A stretch of 64,000 nt of DNA from Chiloscyllium plagiosum (lineage: Eukaryota). Positions within the stretch are counted from its first letter, which is position 1; each line of letters opens with the position of its first letter. Both the position numbers and the translations under genes were made by a program. The stretch spans positions 63,022,747-63,086,746 of the forward strand of contig NC_057719.1 in assembly GCF_004010195.1 (NCBI RefSeq). Reading direction: 5' to 3'. Below the pieces are notes generated by a model. It saw nothing but the letters and a program-made list of their open reading frames with translations. It did no database searches and had not been told where the DNA came from. Below are positions 11,591 to 25,784 of this stretch, piece by piece.

Positions 11591-12524
11591 GATGTAGATG
11601 AATGTGAATTGAACCCAAGGTTAGTTTGATCATTGTGAGTTCTATGAAGCTCTGATGCACACATGACTACATATTGATCAGATACTCCTCACAGAATGGC
11701 AGCCATAGAATTAAAGGCACTGGTGGAATGTTAAAGCTGGCTATTATTACAATGTAGACAGAAGCTAACTTTTTACAATTGGAAATGGTCCTGAGCAATG
11801 TTCCCTCTAACGTGCATGTATGCATGATCCCATAGCAATCTCGACTGCAACAGTGATTTTTAAAAAGTTAATCACTGTCATCCAAAAGGCAACTGGTAAC
11901 CTGAGAAGTTTGAGGCGTGCAGTGCACAAAGAACATTTTAAAGGAAATATCTCTGCCAAAATTCTGCATGCATTTAAATAGGAGGATGTTGTAAATTAAA
12001 TTGTGGAATAGAAGCCAATGGAGAAAATGTGCTGGCCACATTGTGACAGCTGAAACTTGGAACATGAGAGGTGAGGTGGACCATGATATGAAATGATGGG
12101 CAAGGATAGTTAAGATAATTATATTAAAAGTTGCAGATGTCTAGGAATGATTACGTCTGTGCTTGTTCCTGTAGTATCTTAATTGCCATGGACCAGCATT
12201 CAGAGCCTGTTGCAAGGATTCAAACAGGAACTGATGGAAACATAGAGTTGTTCCACACTCCTTGAATGGAAAATGGCTGCTGGAGATGAGATGAGCATGA
12301 GAGGGTGGGGTGACTGAGGGTAGGCAGAACTTGGTACCATTAAAGTGGTGGAATTACAAAAAGGTCTTCAAGGACAAACTGGTTTCAGTAGAGCCTATCC
12401 ACAAGGCAAGTGCAACCATTTGCTAACCCAGGTTGTTGCCTGAATTCGGCAATGAGAGTTTGAGGGGAAAGCTGAATGGACAAGTTATCAAACAACAAAA
12501 CAAATAAATAGGTTGAAATTCCAT

Positions 12525-12850
12525 TTTTTTTTCTAATATTGCATGATGTGGGTGTTGCTGGGGAGGCCATCTTAATTGCCCATTTGAGTAGCTTGCTTGG
12601 GCCATTTGAGAGAGCAATTAAGAGACAGCTGCATTGTTGTGAGTCTGGAGTCATTTGAAGAGCTTGAGTGAACCAGATGAGTTCCATTTCAATGACAGTT
12701 AGTGATAGTTACAGTCTCCATTGGGGAGCTTTACTTCCAGATTTTGTTGAATTCTATGATGAAATTTGAAGCCATGCTCCCAGAACATTAGCCAGGGATT
12801 CTGGATTAGTAATCCAGTGACATTAATGACTATGCCACTGCCCCCCCCCC
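12525..12850 (-). mobile_element. tRNA-derived SINE, second family
   Basis: Similar to 48575-48900; tail shared with the LINE ending near 23660. Confidence 0.6.
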
Positions 12851-13349
12851 CACTGATATAGCCACATAGACTGGCAGATTTCTAGATATCCATGTATTTA
12901 TGTGCAGTTTTGCACAAACTTTCATATCAGAAAGTTGTGCATTTGTAGGTCAACATGAATGTGAAAGAAACTCGAATCGGTAAATAATATCAGAGAACTT
13001 CAATTAATCTAGCCCAATCTATAATGATGATTATTGATTCTGTAAATTGCATATAAAGTAATCTCGTAATTGTTGCAGGAACACAAAATATTTCATCATG
13101 TGAGCCTCCTTATACCTTTTTTAATCAGGTAAAAGAATCAACAGTTATGGGGAAAAGGCAGGAAAGTGGAATTGAGGGATATCAAATCATTCTTCTTGAA
13201 TGGCGGAGAAGCCTTAATCAATGATTTGCTATGGCCCTCTGTCCTTACTACGTATCCTGTAAAAAGTGTAGAACAATGAGAATGTGCAACAGCATTGTAT
13301 ATCCTCCCTTTTCATTTAAATAAATCTATAATTATGAATGCAGAATTTT

Positions 13350-16300
13350 CATTCTTATTAGTGCACCATATTAATTTTTGGAAGTTGATTGATTTGCATG
13401 AGTTGGGATGGACACAAGGCTCAGTTTGGGGACTGAATACTTTTGCATGAGCCCTGCCTGGTCAAGGCTACGGAAAGCTGACACAGCTGTCTATTTTGAC
13501 AAATTTGAGAATCAATTTGTGAATATGGCTGAATTCTTTATCACCCCAGAGAAATCCAACCCAGGCACAGTTAGCTGCTGAAAACACCAACAGAGAAGGT
13601 AAAGTGTTTCAAGATCTAGTTGGAATCAAATTACAACATGAATATTAGTAGGATTCATTGATCCTGTAAAGTGGAAAGTAAAAGTATTTGACTTACCTTC
13701 ATTGTTGGCACTTCAATAAAAGCCAGAACCTTGAAGATTGAAATAGCACATTCACTTGTAAATCTAAACAGTCAATTCTAACTGAAAGCAAAGTCAATGA
13801 TAGCTCAAATTTAATCCAAATATTGATTCACATTGTGCTAGACCTCTGCCAATTTACTTTGATAGTATGAAACGACTTAAAATTGAAAAAGAAATTTAAT
13901 TCCCTCTGTTTCACACAATTAGCCCATTCAGTGGTCAGTCAAAATTTAACAAGACAATTTCATATTCAATCACACATAAAATTATTTCTCTTTAGATTCA
14001 ATTGTATAATGAAAAGTGTTTCTTGAATGATTAAAATCTGGAAATCAGCCAATCTATAACTGTAGAAGAAATCGGAATCACATCAATTATTGTCAACTTA
14101 GCTATTTCTAATGTTTATGTGCAGAAACAAAGGATAATTAAAAACAGCACAAATGTTTGATTCTATTTCTTTCAGAAATATGAGACCATACTACAATGAG
14201 GTTAAATTCTCTGTTTGCCATCATTGAAGGCCATTAAAAACAAAGTTTGTATTAGGTATAACATTGTCAGTCACTGCCTTCTGGAAATCTCTTGTCAAGG
14301 TGATAACTTGCCTGCTAAGCTGAAAATAAACAATGATCCCATTTTAATTTAACAACATTGGTAGAAGTTAGGATGCTGTGACTACACTTGGCTTCTGTTC
14401 AGTCATGTCCCTATCCCAATACCACTTCCACTTTGGAACACAGTAGTGGAAATATAAAGCAGGCCAGTGAACAGTTGAAAATTTCTGAATATTTCGAGCA
14501 TTTCTTCTGAAATGTTGCATTCAACATGTATTTATTTTTGTTTTAATAATCCCTAGGATGTGGCAGTCGCTGGTCATTTATTGCCTGTCTTTATAACTGT
14601 CCTTGAGATGATGGGGAGTCACCTCTTGAACAACTGTGGATTGAAGCTGCTCCCACAGTATTGAGAACTTTGGCTTAGCAACAGTGATATTATTTCCAAA
14701 TCAGGATGATATGTGACTTGGAGGGGAACATGGATATAGTGGTGTTCATGTGGGCTTGTCACCCTTATTGTTCTAATGAGCAGGTGTTAAAAAGTTCAGG
14801 CATTGAATTCCTCAATTTAACACTTCTGGTACATTTATTCAGCTTCCCAACTTTTGCTTCTACTTTCCTGGTGAGTTTCGAAAAATATGCCTTGCAGCTA
14901 GCACAGCAATATGGTTTGTGATTTTTGATTCAAAGCTACATTACACTGAAAGTGATTTGGTTTGTATTACACTCTGGAGGCTAATAGTCAGGAAGCTGGT
15001 CAGGTTGGCTCACACTTCTTTTCAACCTCACTGTCAAATTTTCAATCATCTCAAAGACCTTTCAAAAATGAATTTATATTCCCAGAATAGAAATGAAGAA
15101 ATTGCATATATATATATGTAGAGAGAGAGAGCGATTCTTATGACCTCAGGGGATTCCAAAGGACACTTCAGACAATAAAATACCTGTTGTAAAACACGGA
15201 AATATCCATCAAAGTGCTTCCTGAAAATGTCCAAGGTGCTATATAAATATATGTTTGTTTGATTTTTCTTCACAGGGATTATATTTTGGGTTAAATTTAA
15301 GAGCTGAAAGAATGGCAGATGCTGGAAATCAGAAACAAAAACAGAAATTTCTGGAAAAGCTCAACAGTTCTGGCAGCATCATCGAAGGGAAATCAGAGTT
15401 GGTGTTTTCAATTCAGTGTTTTTCCAGCAATTTTTGTTTATGTATTTCAGGTTAATTAGATTTCAACAAGGATGGAATTTTCAGGATGTAAAATGTGTGA
15501 TGAAGGATCAGTTGTCTCATTTTTATACCCATTGACTTCTGCTGGTGCTGGAAGTAAGCATTCAGCCTTTCAATTTTCCAAATGAGTTTATTCAGCTTCT
15601 GCATAAATCATTCTGCCTGTTTTTCCTCGTTTAAGACCCTCTTTGGAATCTATCTATTTGGCCCAACTTTTGGTCAGTCCTTCTAATATTTCATCCTTTG
15701 CTGTAGATTTAATTTTGCTTCATTACACACCTTTACTTTTCTAGCCCTGGTTAACTTAATCCATCATCATAAATTATGACAAATCAGTTTTTGAACCAGT
15801 GTACAATAAAACTACATTTCCTAAGTAAGCCCTTAAAGCAGTTAATATATGTGCCCCTGTAAATAGGCATAAAATTAACTGGATTCCAATCAATTATCGT
15901 GACTCATAAGAGGTGTTGGGTAGAAAGCTACTGACCTTTTTTAAGTTTGATGTTTTCTTTCACTTCAGTCTTTCTGAAAGTTCTGAATCAGTCTTTTTTT
16001 AGATTATAGGAAATGAGTGCCAGATGTACTATTCTTATGACATTACCAGAAGATCTCCCATGGAGTTTCCCATGGATAGTCAGAGTTACATGCTGCTAGA
16101 ATGGCTGGTGCTATGTCTTGAAATGCACAATGTCTAATCAGGACCGTGATTAACCATGAATACATCATTTCATTTTTATTACTCACTGTTATGGGAATTG
16201 CATTGGTATTTTGGGATTCAAATTCATATTCAATCCTTTTTTCATGGTAATCATAAAACATGGCCCATAATCCTTTTTGTTTTTTTTTCAAAGCTCTTAC

Positions 16301-19300
16301 TGATGTTATAAGCCTCTCTTGTTAAACTGGAGGACGCTGGACAGTGTACAGCACATGGGAAGTGTCGAGTAATAGATTTAAGTTTCAATTTAGAGAACAA
16401 CTGAGAATCGACTTAAAGAGAAAGATATCTACAGAGAAGCATGAACTGTCAATAACACCCCCTGTCAAGTTCTCTCAGTCTGCTCAGCAGCTTTAATAGC
16501 ATCAAGAGCAGATTCTCCAGTGAGTATGGTTGTGTTGGCTTATAAGGTCACTCCAGGAAACTGATAATAGTGAGGGTAGACTCAAAAAAACTAAAACTAA
16601 AAGATGGAACGATTGTGATCATGAGAATTCATGATGGGAGACTTCAAACGATTGAATCACCATAGTTCTGGGATCTGGACTATGAGGCATGTGGCAAATG
16701 TGATTTTGTGGACATTTCTGATCAAGATATGTTAGACATGTTATGACACAGATCTGGAGCAGATAAGACTTTGATCCTGGGCTCCCTGGCTCAGAAGTAG
16801 GAACACTGCCACTGTGTCACAAGAGCCCTCATGTTGATTTTTATATAAACTGTGTTTAGTTCTGTGCAGGCATTGTCTTGGCCTTTATTGTAGCCCCTAT
16901 GAAAAAGTCAGATTGAACCTGACATGGGTTGTGAGGGGGCGTATACTTGAAATGTGTGATAAACGTAAGCGTGCTATGGTTGGCTCCCATTCCATCCTTG
17001 ACCAACAGTCTGAACAGTGAGAATGGAGAAATTCCTTGAGTGTACATATCAGTTTGTCTATTTTTTCCCATTTTCAAATTTGTGGTACTGTTCATTTTCA
17101 AATGAAAGGAAGCGATTGGTTTGCGACAACTGAAAAAGGTGTGGCCTGATGCTCAACATTTTACACTTTGCAATAGAAATCAGAGTTATAGAACTACAAG
17201 GAATGATCCTGAGCTTGTAAGAGGCATGTTTTTTTTTGAAAAAAAATTCAGTTTCAAGCTCAAAGCTTAGTACCTGACAGATAAGAGTCCAAAAATAGGG
17301 TAATTTCTATCCTGTCTGAACCCTGCTTTCTAGCAAGTGAACATTGGATGAGGATTAGTTTATCTGCCTCTCAAGCTTACTCTGCCATTCAGCTCGAGCA
17401 GGGGTAATCTGTATTTCAATTCAATTTGCCTGCCTTAGCTGCACAGTTTTTGATAAGCTTCACAATAGTGAATGGGGGCAGAAGGCATCACAATCGCCGG
17501 CTGAAAATATGAATATAGGGACTGGGGGATTTCATCTGTTTGGCACATCAAATAGAACTCAGCTGTTATATGGAAAGCTCATCCAGAGTTACAAAGAAGT
17601 GAGTATATATAAGCCCATAGAAATTACATAGTAATATTACAGCAGTGCCTCAGAGGATGATGTAGTGTATAGCAGGGAGGAGCATCTTCCTCATGAGCAC
17701 TCAGGCAGTAATACCTACTAAATACAAAGTCAGAAAATATACTCTCAGACTCCTCCATGCACCTTTTCCTTCACCTCTGCCTAGTGATATGCTCCCCATT
17801 AAGACCAAAGTGACTAAACGACCCTAAAGGAAGAACCTGATCATTATATCATTATTAGTCAGATGATCCAACTGAAATCAACATAAATTTAAGTATCAAT
17901 GAGCAAAGAAATAGTATTTAAAAGAAACCTTAAATTGCACAGGACAGAAAGATAATTCTCATGGATTTACTGACATTTACCTTAGCATATTACTGTCTCA
18001 GGTAGAGTACACCTTTTTGAGTTCATGTAGGATTTGTTCACTAAATTACTTCCACTGGCAACTTTACTCCACTACAATTCCACAGATAAAGTTGTCACCA
18101 AAAAGGCACACTTCTACAGAGCTGCTTTGGCTGGGTTTTGATCGTCTTGATGGTATGATTCCCTGAGGTCACCATCATAAAACTCCTCAGTAACATAACA
18201 GTGCACTCAAGGGCCAGTCTGGTAGAATAGCTGAAATGTGTCAGTAACTTTATTTCACGATCCCTGCTGCTAAATCTATCTTTCAAATTTCTTTATTCTT
18301 AGCTGTCTTGCACATATAAAACTTTTTGCGACCGGCTGAACTGCTTCTTCTGAAATATGATCTCTGAGTCTGCTTTCCTTTTGGAATCAATAAGCCTCCT
18401 TTTCTTTAAGGTCAGCGCTGATTCTCCCAGAAATCTCATGTCACAGCCAGAAACCCAAAATCAGAACTCCCTTTAGTAAATATCTGAATCTTTTATTCCT
18501 CTTTCAGTTGGCCCGGGTCTGAAAAAGAAACACAGAGGCTCTGAAACGAACAATAGTACAGAAACCAACAAGCACACATTTTCCATTTTATTTCTTTGAC
18601 CTTCATCCCTTACAAAAGTTGCCAGTGGATTGCTTTCTAAACCTTTCCGCAGGCAATCAGAATGTTTGGGGTGACTTTTAACCTAATGATTTGAGAAGGA
18701 TTGGGAGCTGAAACTGGTTCAAAGGTCTGAAATTAAAAATATGCCAGACAGTTAGCTGGAAAATGGGTGTCACGGTGGCTCAGCGGTTAGCACTGCTGCC
18801 TCTCAGCATCAGGTACTGGGTTGATTCCAGCCTTATCTGTATGTGAAGTTTGCACGCTCTCCCTGTGCCGATGTGAGTTTCCTCCGGGTGCTCCATTTTC
18901 CTCCCAGAGTCCAAAATGTGCAGGTTACGTGGATTGGCTGTGCTAAATTGCCCTGTAGTGTCCACGGATGGGGAGGCTAGGTGGGTTAGGCATAGGAAAT
19001 GCAGGGTTACAGGGATAGGATAGCAGGTGGGTCTAGGTGAGATGCTTTTCAGAGGGTCGGTATGGACTTGATGGGCTCAATGGCCTCTTTCCGCAGGTAG
19101 GGATTCTATGATTCTATGAAAATGTTGACATCTGCCTTTTGTTTCTTTACTCTGACTTACCAACATTTGTCGGTAAGCTTCTGTTCAAATTTGACTTACA
19201 CAAAATTTTCAGCTCCCTTCACCTCTACATTTCTGAGAGTACAGATCTGCTTGTAGAGAATAAAATATTCCGTAGCAGAAACTTGAAACACATTGAACTC

Positions 19301-19509
19301 TTTAAAGTAAAACTTTAATATAGATCCTAAAAGGAGCAGAATTAACACTTTGGGAAACATAATCATGTTATTGTGGACAGTTTTGTTTTGACTGAGATGA
19401 AACACTCACCGTGTATGGAATTGTATTGCCAAATCTTCAGTGATTATATTTGTGGTTTGGGTGTAGACTGCTTAAAAATGCCAGCTTTATTCATTCAACT
19501 AAAAAAATT
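13350..19509 (-). pseudogene. Cluster of splice-bounded exon-like segments with stops (pseudogene or lncRNA candidate)
   Basis: AG/GT-bounded segments 19509-19410, 19326-19200, 18518-17981, about 16290-16047, 13781-13697, and an acceptor at 13577; introns of 83 and 119 nt. Confidence 0.3.
18765..19118 (+). mobile_element. HE1-related SINE with (ATTCTATG)n tail
   Basis: GGTGGCTCAGCGGTTAGCACTGCTGCCTC head, V-domain-like core, CR1-type octamer tail. Confidence 0.85.
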
Positions 19510-20199
19510 CTGAAACCAACAGAAGTGAATAAATATTTAGATATTACTGTGTCAGTGTTCCATGTTGGAATATTATATTCATTATTTGAACAGTTATCTG
19601 TCTATATACGTATTGGATAAAAGTTTTGGTTAATTCAGGTCAGAGTGACCTAGAATTCTCAGCTAAGCCTCGTTTACCGATGCTATTTTACTGTAATACA
19701 ATTCAGAACCATTCTTTAGTCCCAGTTGGGCACGTCACAGGTTTTCAACTTCCCAGTTGCTTACAGATTTAGTTCACCAAGTATTAATTTTAATATAATC
19801 AGCAATATTAAATTAAGTTTGTCACTCGTTGCTTAGACCCTTGATGTCAACAAAGAATCACCGCTCTAAGCAGCACTCACAGCTTGAAAATGTAACTCCA
19901 GAGCAAATGGTCTGTCTTGACTTATTAAATATTCTACAGTATATGATTGTTATCTCTTCTATGATAACCTGACAAAATATTTTGCATAATTATCATGCTG
20001 CATATAGTAATCGGGAATGAAATTAAATACACAGAAAGCTGCATTTCTTGGAAGTGTAGTAGGAAGACAGTCACCTTATTTGTTGACCTGGCACTGCTAA
20101 AATAAAGGAATCATGGATGATCGGTAGGTTGTTTGTCAAAGTGAAATCTTGTCCACTGGAAGGAGATGACTAGAGGTTGTGTCCATCTCATTTATAATC

Positions 20200-21285
20200 C
20201 ATATTAATTACTCGGATGAAAGGACAAAGTGCATTTTAGCCAAATTTGCTGATGATACAAATACAGGTAGATAAGCAAGTTCTGAGGAGCATGAAAATTT
20301 ACACAAAGGGATGTAAACAAGTGACCGATGGTGATTAATGTGGAAAGTGTGGCTGTCCCTTTTGACAAGACAAAGAGCAGAATGCAGTTTAAATGGTGCG
20401 TGATTATTGAATGCTGTGGTATGGAGGGATCTGGGTGTGCTCCTGTATGAATAGTAGAATTAGAATGCAGGTAAAGCAAGTAAGAGGAATGTGAATGGAG
20501 TGTTCTCCTGTATTACAAGTGTAATGAAATTTAAAAGGAGGAAATAAAAGCAGAACATGCCGGAGAAACTCAGCAGGTCTGGCAGCTGAAGGATTATGAA
20601 GAAGGGCCACTGGACGTAATATTTCATCAGCTTTCTCCCCACAGGTGCTGCTGAGCTTTTGCGGCAATTTCTGTTTTTGTTTCAGATCTCTGGCATCCAT
20701 AGTTCCTTATTTTGTAGAAAGCAGTGAAGTCTTGTTACGACACTGCAGGGCGTATGAGAGATCATGCAGAAGAATGCAATGTAAAGATTTGATCTTGTTA
20801 TTTGCATCAGGATTGCATGGGAGGTAGTTCAGAGGAGGTTCACCAGTGTTTTTCCTGGCAAGAATGGATCATTGTACGAGGAAATTTGAGCAGTATGAGC
20901 ACGTACACCTTGGAGTTTAGAAAAAGAAGAGGTGATCTTAGTGAAACATGCAGGATTCTGAGGGTGCTTGACAGAGTAAATGTCGAGAGGATATAACATT
21001 TGGTTGGAGAACCTACAACAAGGGTGACAAAATTTCAGAACATGCGCTGTCCTAATTACAATGAAGATAAGAAAGTATCGCTTGACTCAGAGAATCATAA
21101 GTCTGTGGAACTTACTTCCAATAAGGTAATGGTGCCTGGGATACTGAATATATACAAGGTTAAGGTTGAGGTGCAGGAAAAGGCTGGAAAGTTGAGTTGC
21201 GGCCACAAACAGGTTAGCCAAGATCTTATTGAATGGCAGAGCTAGTACAAAGGGCTGAATGGACCACTCCTACTCCTGTTTATAA
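20200..21285 (+). mobile_element. Old CR1 RT/3' fragment, with a PLE-end insert at 20545-20715
   Basis: AAATTTGCTGATGATACAAA (KFADDT), LEFRKRRGDL, and CR1-like 3' end GGGCTGAATGGACCACTCCT. Confidence 0.65.
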
Positions 21286-21895
21286 TGTCTAATTGTTTCA
21301 TTCACTATGTAATATCAAAGAATGAGATAAAATAGAAGCAAGCCACTATGTCATTGTGTTTGTGACAGTTCTTTGGGAGGAGTTCAAGGTCCTCCCTTGA
21401 AGGAGGTTTTCAGGCAGTGGGTGGTGTTGGCATTTCATTGCCAGGAGGGTTCCTGGTGGGGATCAGCCATTCTCCTACCTTTCAGTCCTGTACAGGAAGA
21501 CCTGGCACACAGTTCTCCCAGACTGCTCCCAATTGAGACTCATAAGTGGACAATTGAAGCCCACTTAAAGGCTTTGTCCAGCTCTCACTGATATCTAAGC
21601 CCCCTTTGTTACAGACCATCCCACCCCCACTCACGTTCAATCCTCCTGTCACCTCCATCCTGCAAAGCTGCTGTTACATATTTGTGACCTGGCTCTCTCC
21701 CTGATCCTGGGTCTTTAGAGCTTGCAGTACTAGGAGTTACCACCACTCTCCCAGTGATGCTGTCTACAATGAACAGTAGACAGATTGGACACTGATTGGA
21801 TAGCAGCTCTCAGGGGCAGGCTCTCAGTCACAAGTGTCCTTGATTCTGGGAAAGGCCTGCTGCTGGCCACAAGTGCCTGACTGGCATTTAATATA

Positions 21896-22049
21896 CAGAG
21901 GAACCTCGATTATCCAAAAATGGATTATCTGGCAAGATCTCAAGGTCCTGATGTTTAGCTAAACTGTTATCTGGCATTCGGTTATCCAGAATTTGATTAG
22001 CAATGAAATACTCACCACCCGTATCCTTCATATAATCGAGGTTCCTCTG
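21896..22049. mobile_element. Tc1/mariner (Tigger/pogo-like) MITE, 154 bp
   Basis: Perfect 18-bp TIR CAGAGGAACCTCGATTAT; flanks are TA (left) and TG (right). Confidence 0.8.
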
Positions 22050-22084
22050 TGCTGGTACTTCCATGAATAATTTGGAGAGACAGA

Positions 22085-22820
22085 TGTGATCTCCTACAAA
22101 ATCCACTAGAAGAAAAGCTATTGTGATCTGGGTTGGCATGAGGACAGGGTCCAAGGTTGAAATTTTTTAGAAGTAAGGAGCAAATTTTAACATCTGGACA
22201 AAGGAGCAGGCAGCTGAGGTTGCTGTGCAAAGATTTTTCAGACTCTGACTCTCTGAGTCAGAGGGTTTTAGGAGAGATGACGAAAAGCAGATACTATGCA
22301 ATTCTAAGCAGAAGAAAAGGACTGTTTCTTTTTGGTTTTTGGAGGGTTGAGTACCAAGCAGAGTGTGGGTTGGGACAATTATCTGGTTTAAGAAATAAAG
22401 ATTATGAAACAGTAAAGACCAAGCAGTTGACAAAGCTTGTGTTGCTACTAGAAGTTTTTCCATTGTGCTCAGAAGATAAAATCAAGTGGATCCTTGTTCC
22501 AGAGAACACTATGATTCATTCTGGTAAGGCAGGGAGAAGAGATTCTGTTAAAGCTGGGGGGACTTAGAACTTTGCACATAAGACTACACACCTGCATGGG
22601 ATAAGATGGGATGGGATAGTATGGGATAGGATTTTCAATCGTGTTAAGAGCTTAATGGGATTATTTTATCTGTGGCTTAGTGTAGCTGAGTAAGAATGTT
22701 TTAATGTTGACTTTAGTTTATTTGCTACAGTAAAAATCTTTATCTTATCACATGATACCTTCACCAAGGTGACTGGGAAATTCTTCCTATTTGATGTTAT
22801 TGTTCTCTATGGGGATCACA
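22085..22820. mobile_element. Possible solo LTR
   Basis: TGTGATCTCC...GGGGATCACA termini (9/10 inverted match, TG..CA); no TSD found. Confidence 0.35.
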
Positions 22821-23659
22821 GCACAAAATATATCAGAAACAATGGAGTGTTTCATTTTGAAGTGTAGGCATCTTTTGTAATGTGGAAACATGGCAGACAA
22901 GCTTTTGCACAGCAAGATTCCAGAAAGAGCAATGAATAAATGACCAGATGGTCAGCTTTAGTTGTTGGCTGAGGGATAAATGTTGTGCATGGAGTGTAAT
23001 AAAGTGGTTAACCATAGCTGCAGACTTGAATGTTGCCCCTCTGTAGCACTGGTCACATGGAAAGCAAGTTGCCATTTTATCCAAAGCCTGAGGTTCAACT
23101 AATTTGGTATTAACTTCAAATGTTGACATCTATGTTTTTCAAGAGAGTTCACTCTGATGAATAACCTAACAGAACATAGTGTAGATAAACCTCTTCATTC
23201 TCTTGACATAAAGACTCCCTTCTAACATTCTTTTTCTAAAACAAGCCATTTTTTCCTTCCTATAAATCAATACCAAAAGAGCTGGTCTGCATTTTATTTT
23301 TACAAATATTTGATATTAATTCCAACATTAAAGCTGTTACCATCTCAGAACAAATAAGTTGTATTGATTAACTGTTATTCCCATGTTGCTACTATCTTTA
23401 TTCAGCTTTTGTTCCCATCTCCAAATATAATTGTATCTTAGTACGGATCTGTCTCTTTTCAATGAAACATTTATGAAGTTATTGAGATCAGTCCTGAAAG
23501 TAAATCTCTAATTTTCAAGAGAATTCAGACTTTTCTCAAACTTTATGGGAGTTTGTTCATTATTTGTTCACCAAGGATCCAATGAAACATCCTCCCCCCA
23601 CTGATGTGACCACTTTGACAACAAAATCATCATGATACTCTTTTCTGTGATGTACTTTC

Positions 23660-25770
23660 TTTTTCATTCATTCATGCAATGTGCGCATCTCTGGCTAAGT
23701 CAGCATTTATTGCCTTTCCCTAACTGCCTTTGCGAAGATAACAGTGAGCTACCTTCCTCAACCATTGCAGTCAGTGTGATTCAAGTCTGACCAAAATGCT
23801 ATTGGAAAGAGAGTTCCAGGATTTTGACTCAATGATAATGAAGGAACAATGACAAAGTTCCAAATCAGGTTTGGTGAGTGGCTTGGAGGGGAACTTGCAG
23901 ATGGCAGTGTTTCCATGCATCTGCTGCCCTTGTCCATTTTAGGTGTTAGAGGTGCAGATCTGGAAGATGCTATTGAAAGAGCCTTGGTGAGTTACTGCAG
24001 TGCATTTTCTAGATCATGCACACTGTATCTTGATGGTATAGGAACTAAAGACTAAAGGTAGTGAATCAAATATTACTTTGTCTGGTGTCAAACTTCTTAA
24101 TTGTTATTGCAATCGAGTTAACTGTAGAGTATTCTACTAATTCCTGATTTGTGACTTGTAGATGGTGGACAGGTTTTGCAGAATTAGGAAATGAGTTAGT
24201 CACTACCGAATTCCCTACCTCTGACTAGTTTTTGTCGATTCAGAATTTATATGGCTGGGCCAATTCAGTTTCTGGTTAATGGTGACCACAAAGATGTTGT
24301 TAATCTGGGATACCTCCTTGATAATGCCATTGAATGTCAAGTTGAAATGATTACGTTCCTTCTTGTTGGAGATAGTCAATCATTATCTGGCACTTTTGAC
24401 GCATGGATGGTCCTTGCCAATGATCAGTCCAAGCCAGAATGTTGTCTAGTTCTTGCTGTAAATAGACATGGATGACTTCAGCATCTCAGGAGTTGTGGCC
24501 AGTGCTGAACTTCGTGCATTTATCAGTGATTTTATCGTTGAAGGATCTGAGGATGGGCGGACCTCGGAAACAAGCTTGAAGAAATCATGCACCCATGTCC
24601 CAGAATTGTGATGATTAGCCTCTAAACATCAAAGCCATCATCCTCAAACGTTGTATGACTCCAGCCAGTGGAGGGTTTTCCCCAATTCCCTTTGAGTTCA
24701 GTATTAATGGGACTCCTTGACACCACACTTGGTCAAAAGCCATTTTGACGTTAAGGGCCATTGTCCTTCACCTCTTGAGTTAAGATCTGTTGTCCATGTT
24801 TGGGCCAATACTATCATGAGGTCTGGAGCTGATTGGCCCTTGGTGAAACCCAAACCATGCATCAGCGAGCAGGTTAATGCTGAGCAAGTGTCATCTGATA
24901 GCACATCAAAGACCCTTCTATCACTTTGATGATAACTGAGAGTGGACTGCTGTGGTTGAAATTGTCCAGTGTGGCCTTGTTCTGCTGTTTTTGGACATTC
25001 TGTACAGAATTCCTCTACTTTTTGTGAGGGTTCAATGAGAGTGCAATGATTGCATGATGTCATCAAATTGGATGGAGTCCATTACAGATCAACTTTTTTT
25101 TCAGAACCTGATACAGCAGTCTTGCACACAATTTCTGATCTCCCCCCACCATTAAAGGTATATGGTACCATCTCCTCCAGTTCATTGTGTAAGTGTCCTG
25201 AACAGATGCACATGTACTAGATTGGTGAGGATAAGGTCAAGGAGATCACTTCTCTTATTAGTTCCCTCACTGCCTGCTGCAGATGCAGTCTAGCGGATAT
25301 GTCCTTTAGGACTCCATTTCAATCAGTAGTGGTGTCACTGAGCCACTCAGTGATGGACAGTGAAGTCTCACCCAGAAATATTCTGTACTCTTGCTACCGT
25401 CTATGCTTCCTTCAAATGGTATTAAACATGGAGTACTGAGTAATCAAATGTGGTGAGGGGAGGGAGGGGGGATGTTGGTTCAAGGTTTTCTTGCCCATGT
25501 TTGACTTGATGCCATGAAACCTCATGAGGTCTAAAGTTAAAACTGGGGTCTGCTAGGGCCATTCCCTCCTGACTGGACACCAGTGTGTCAGTAAATCCTG
25601 TGTTTCTGTCCTGCTGGTGGGGCAGAACATATCAAATGATTTGTGATGCTGATGCTTGGGAGATTTTCAGGAAAGTATGATTCTGTGAGCGTGACAATGT
25701 TCCGTGACTAATCTGTGTGACAGCTCTTCCAATTTTGGCAGAAGTGTTAGTAAGTGGACCTTGCAAGGGC
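23660..25770 (-). mobile_element. Old CR1/L2-type LINE ORF2 remnant (APE plus RT)
   Basis: Degenerate DFTVHH endonuclease motif near 25350; GF..GQSAPDLMIVLAQTWT.DLNSRGE RT segment; (TTCA)n 3' end. Confidence 0.7.
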
Positions 25771-25784
25771 AACAGGGCAATTAG

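Noticed and set aside
11795..11950. Possible hAT-like MITE (CAATGTTCCCTCTAA)
   Set aside because: The second TIR is too degenerate and there is no TSD.
13440..13580. LRKADTAVYF resembling an Ig V-domain motif
   Set aside because: It lacks the conserved Cys and Trp framework and an RSS, so it is likely chance.
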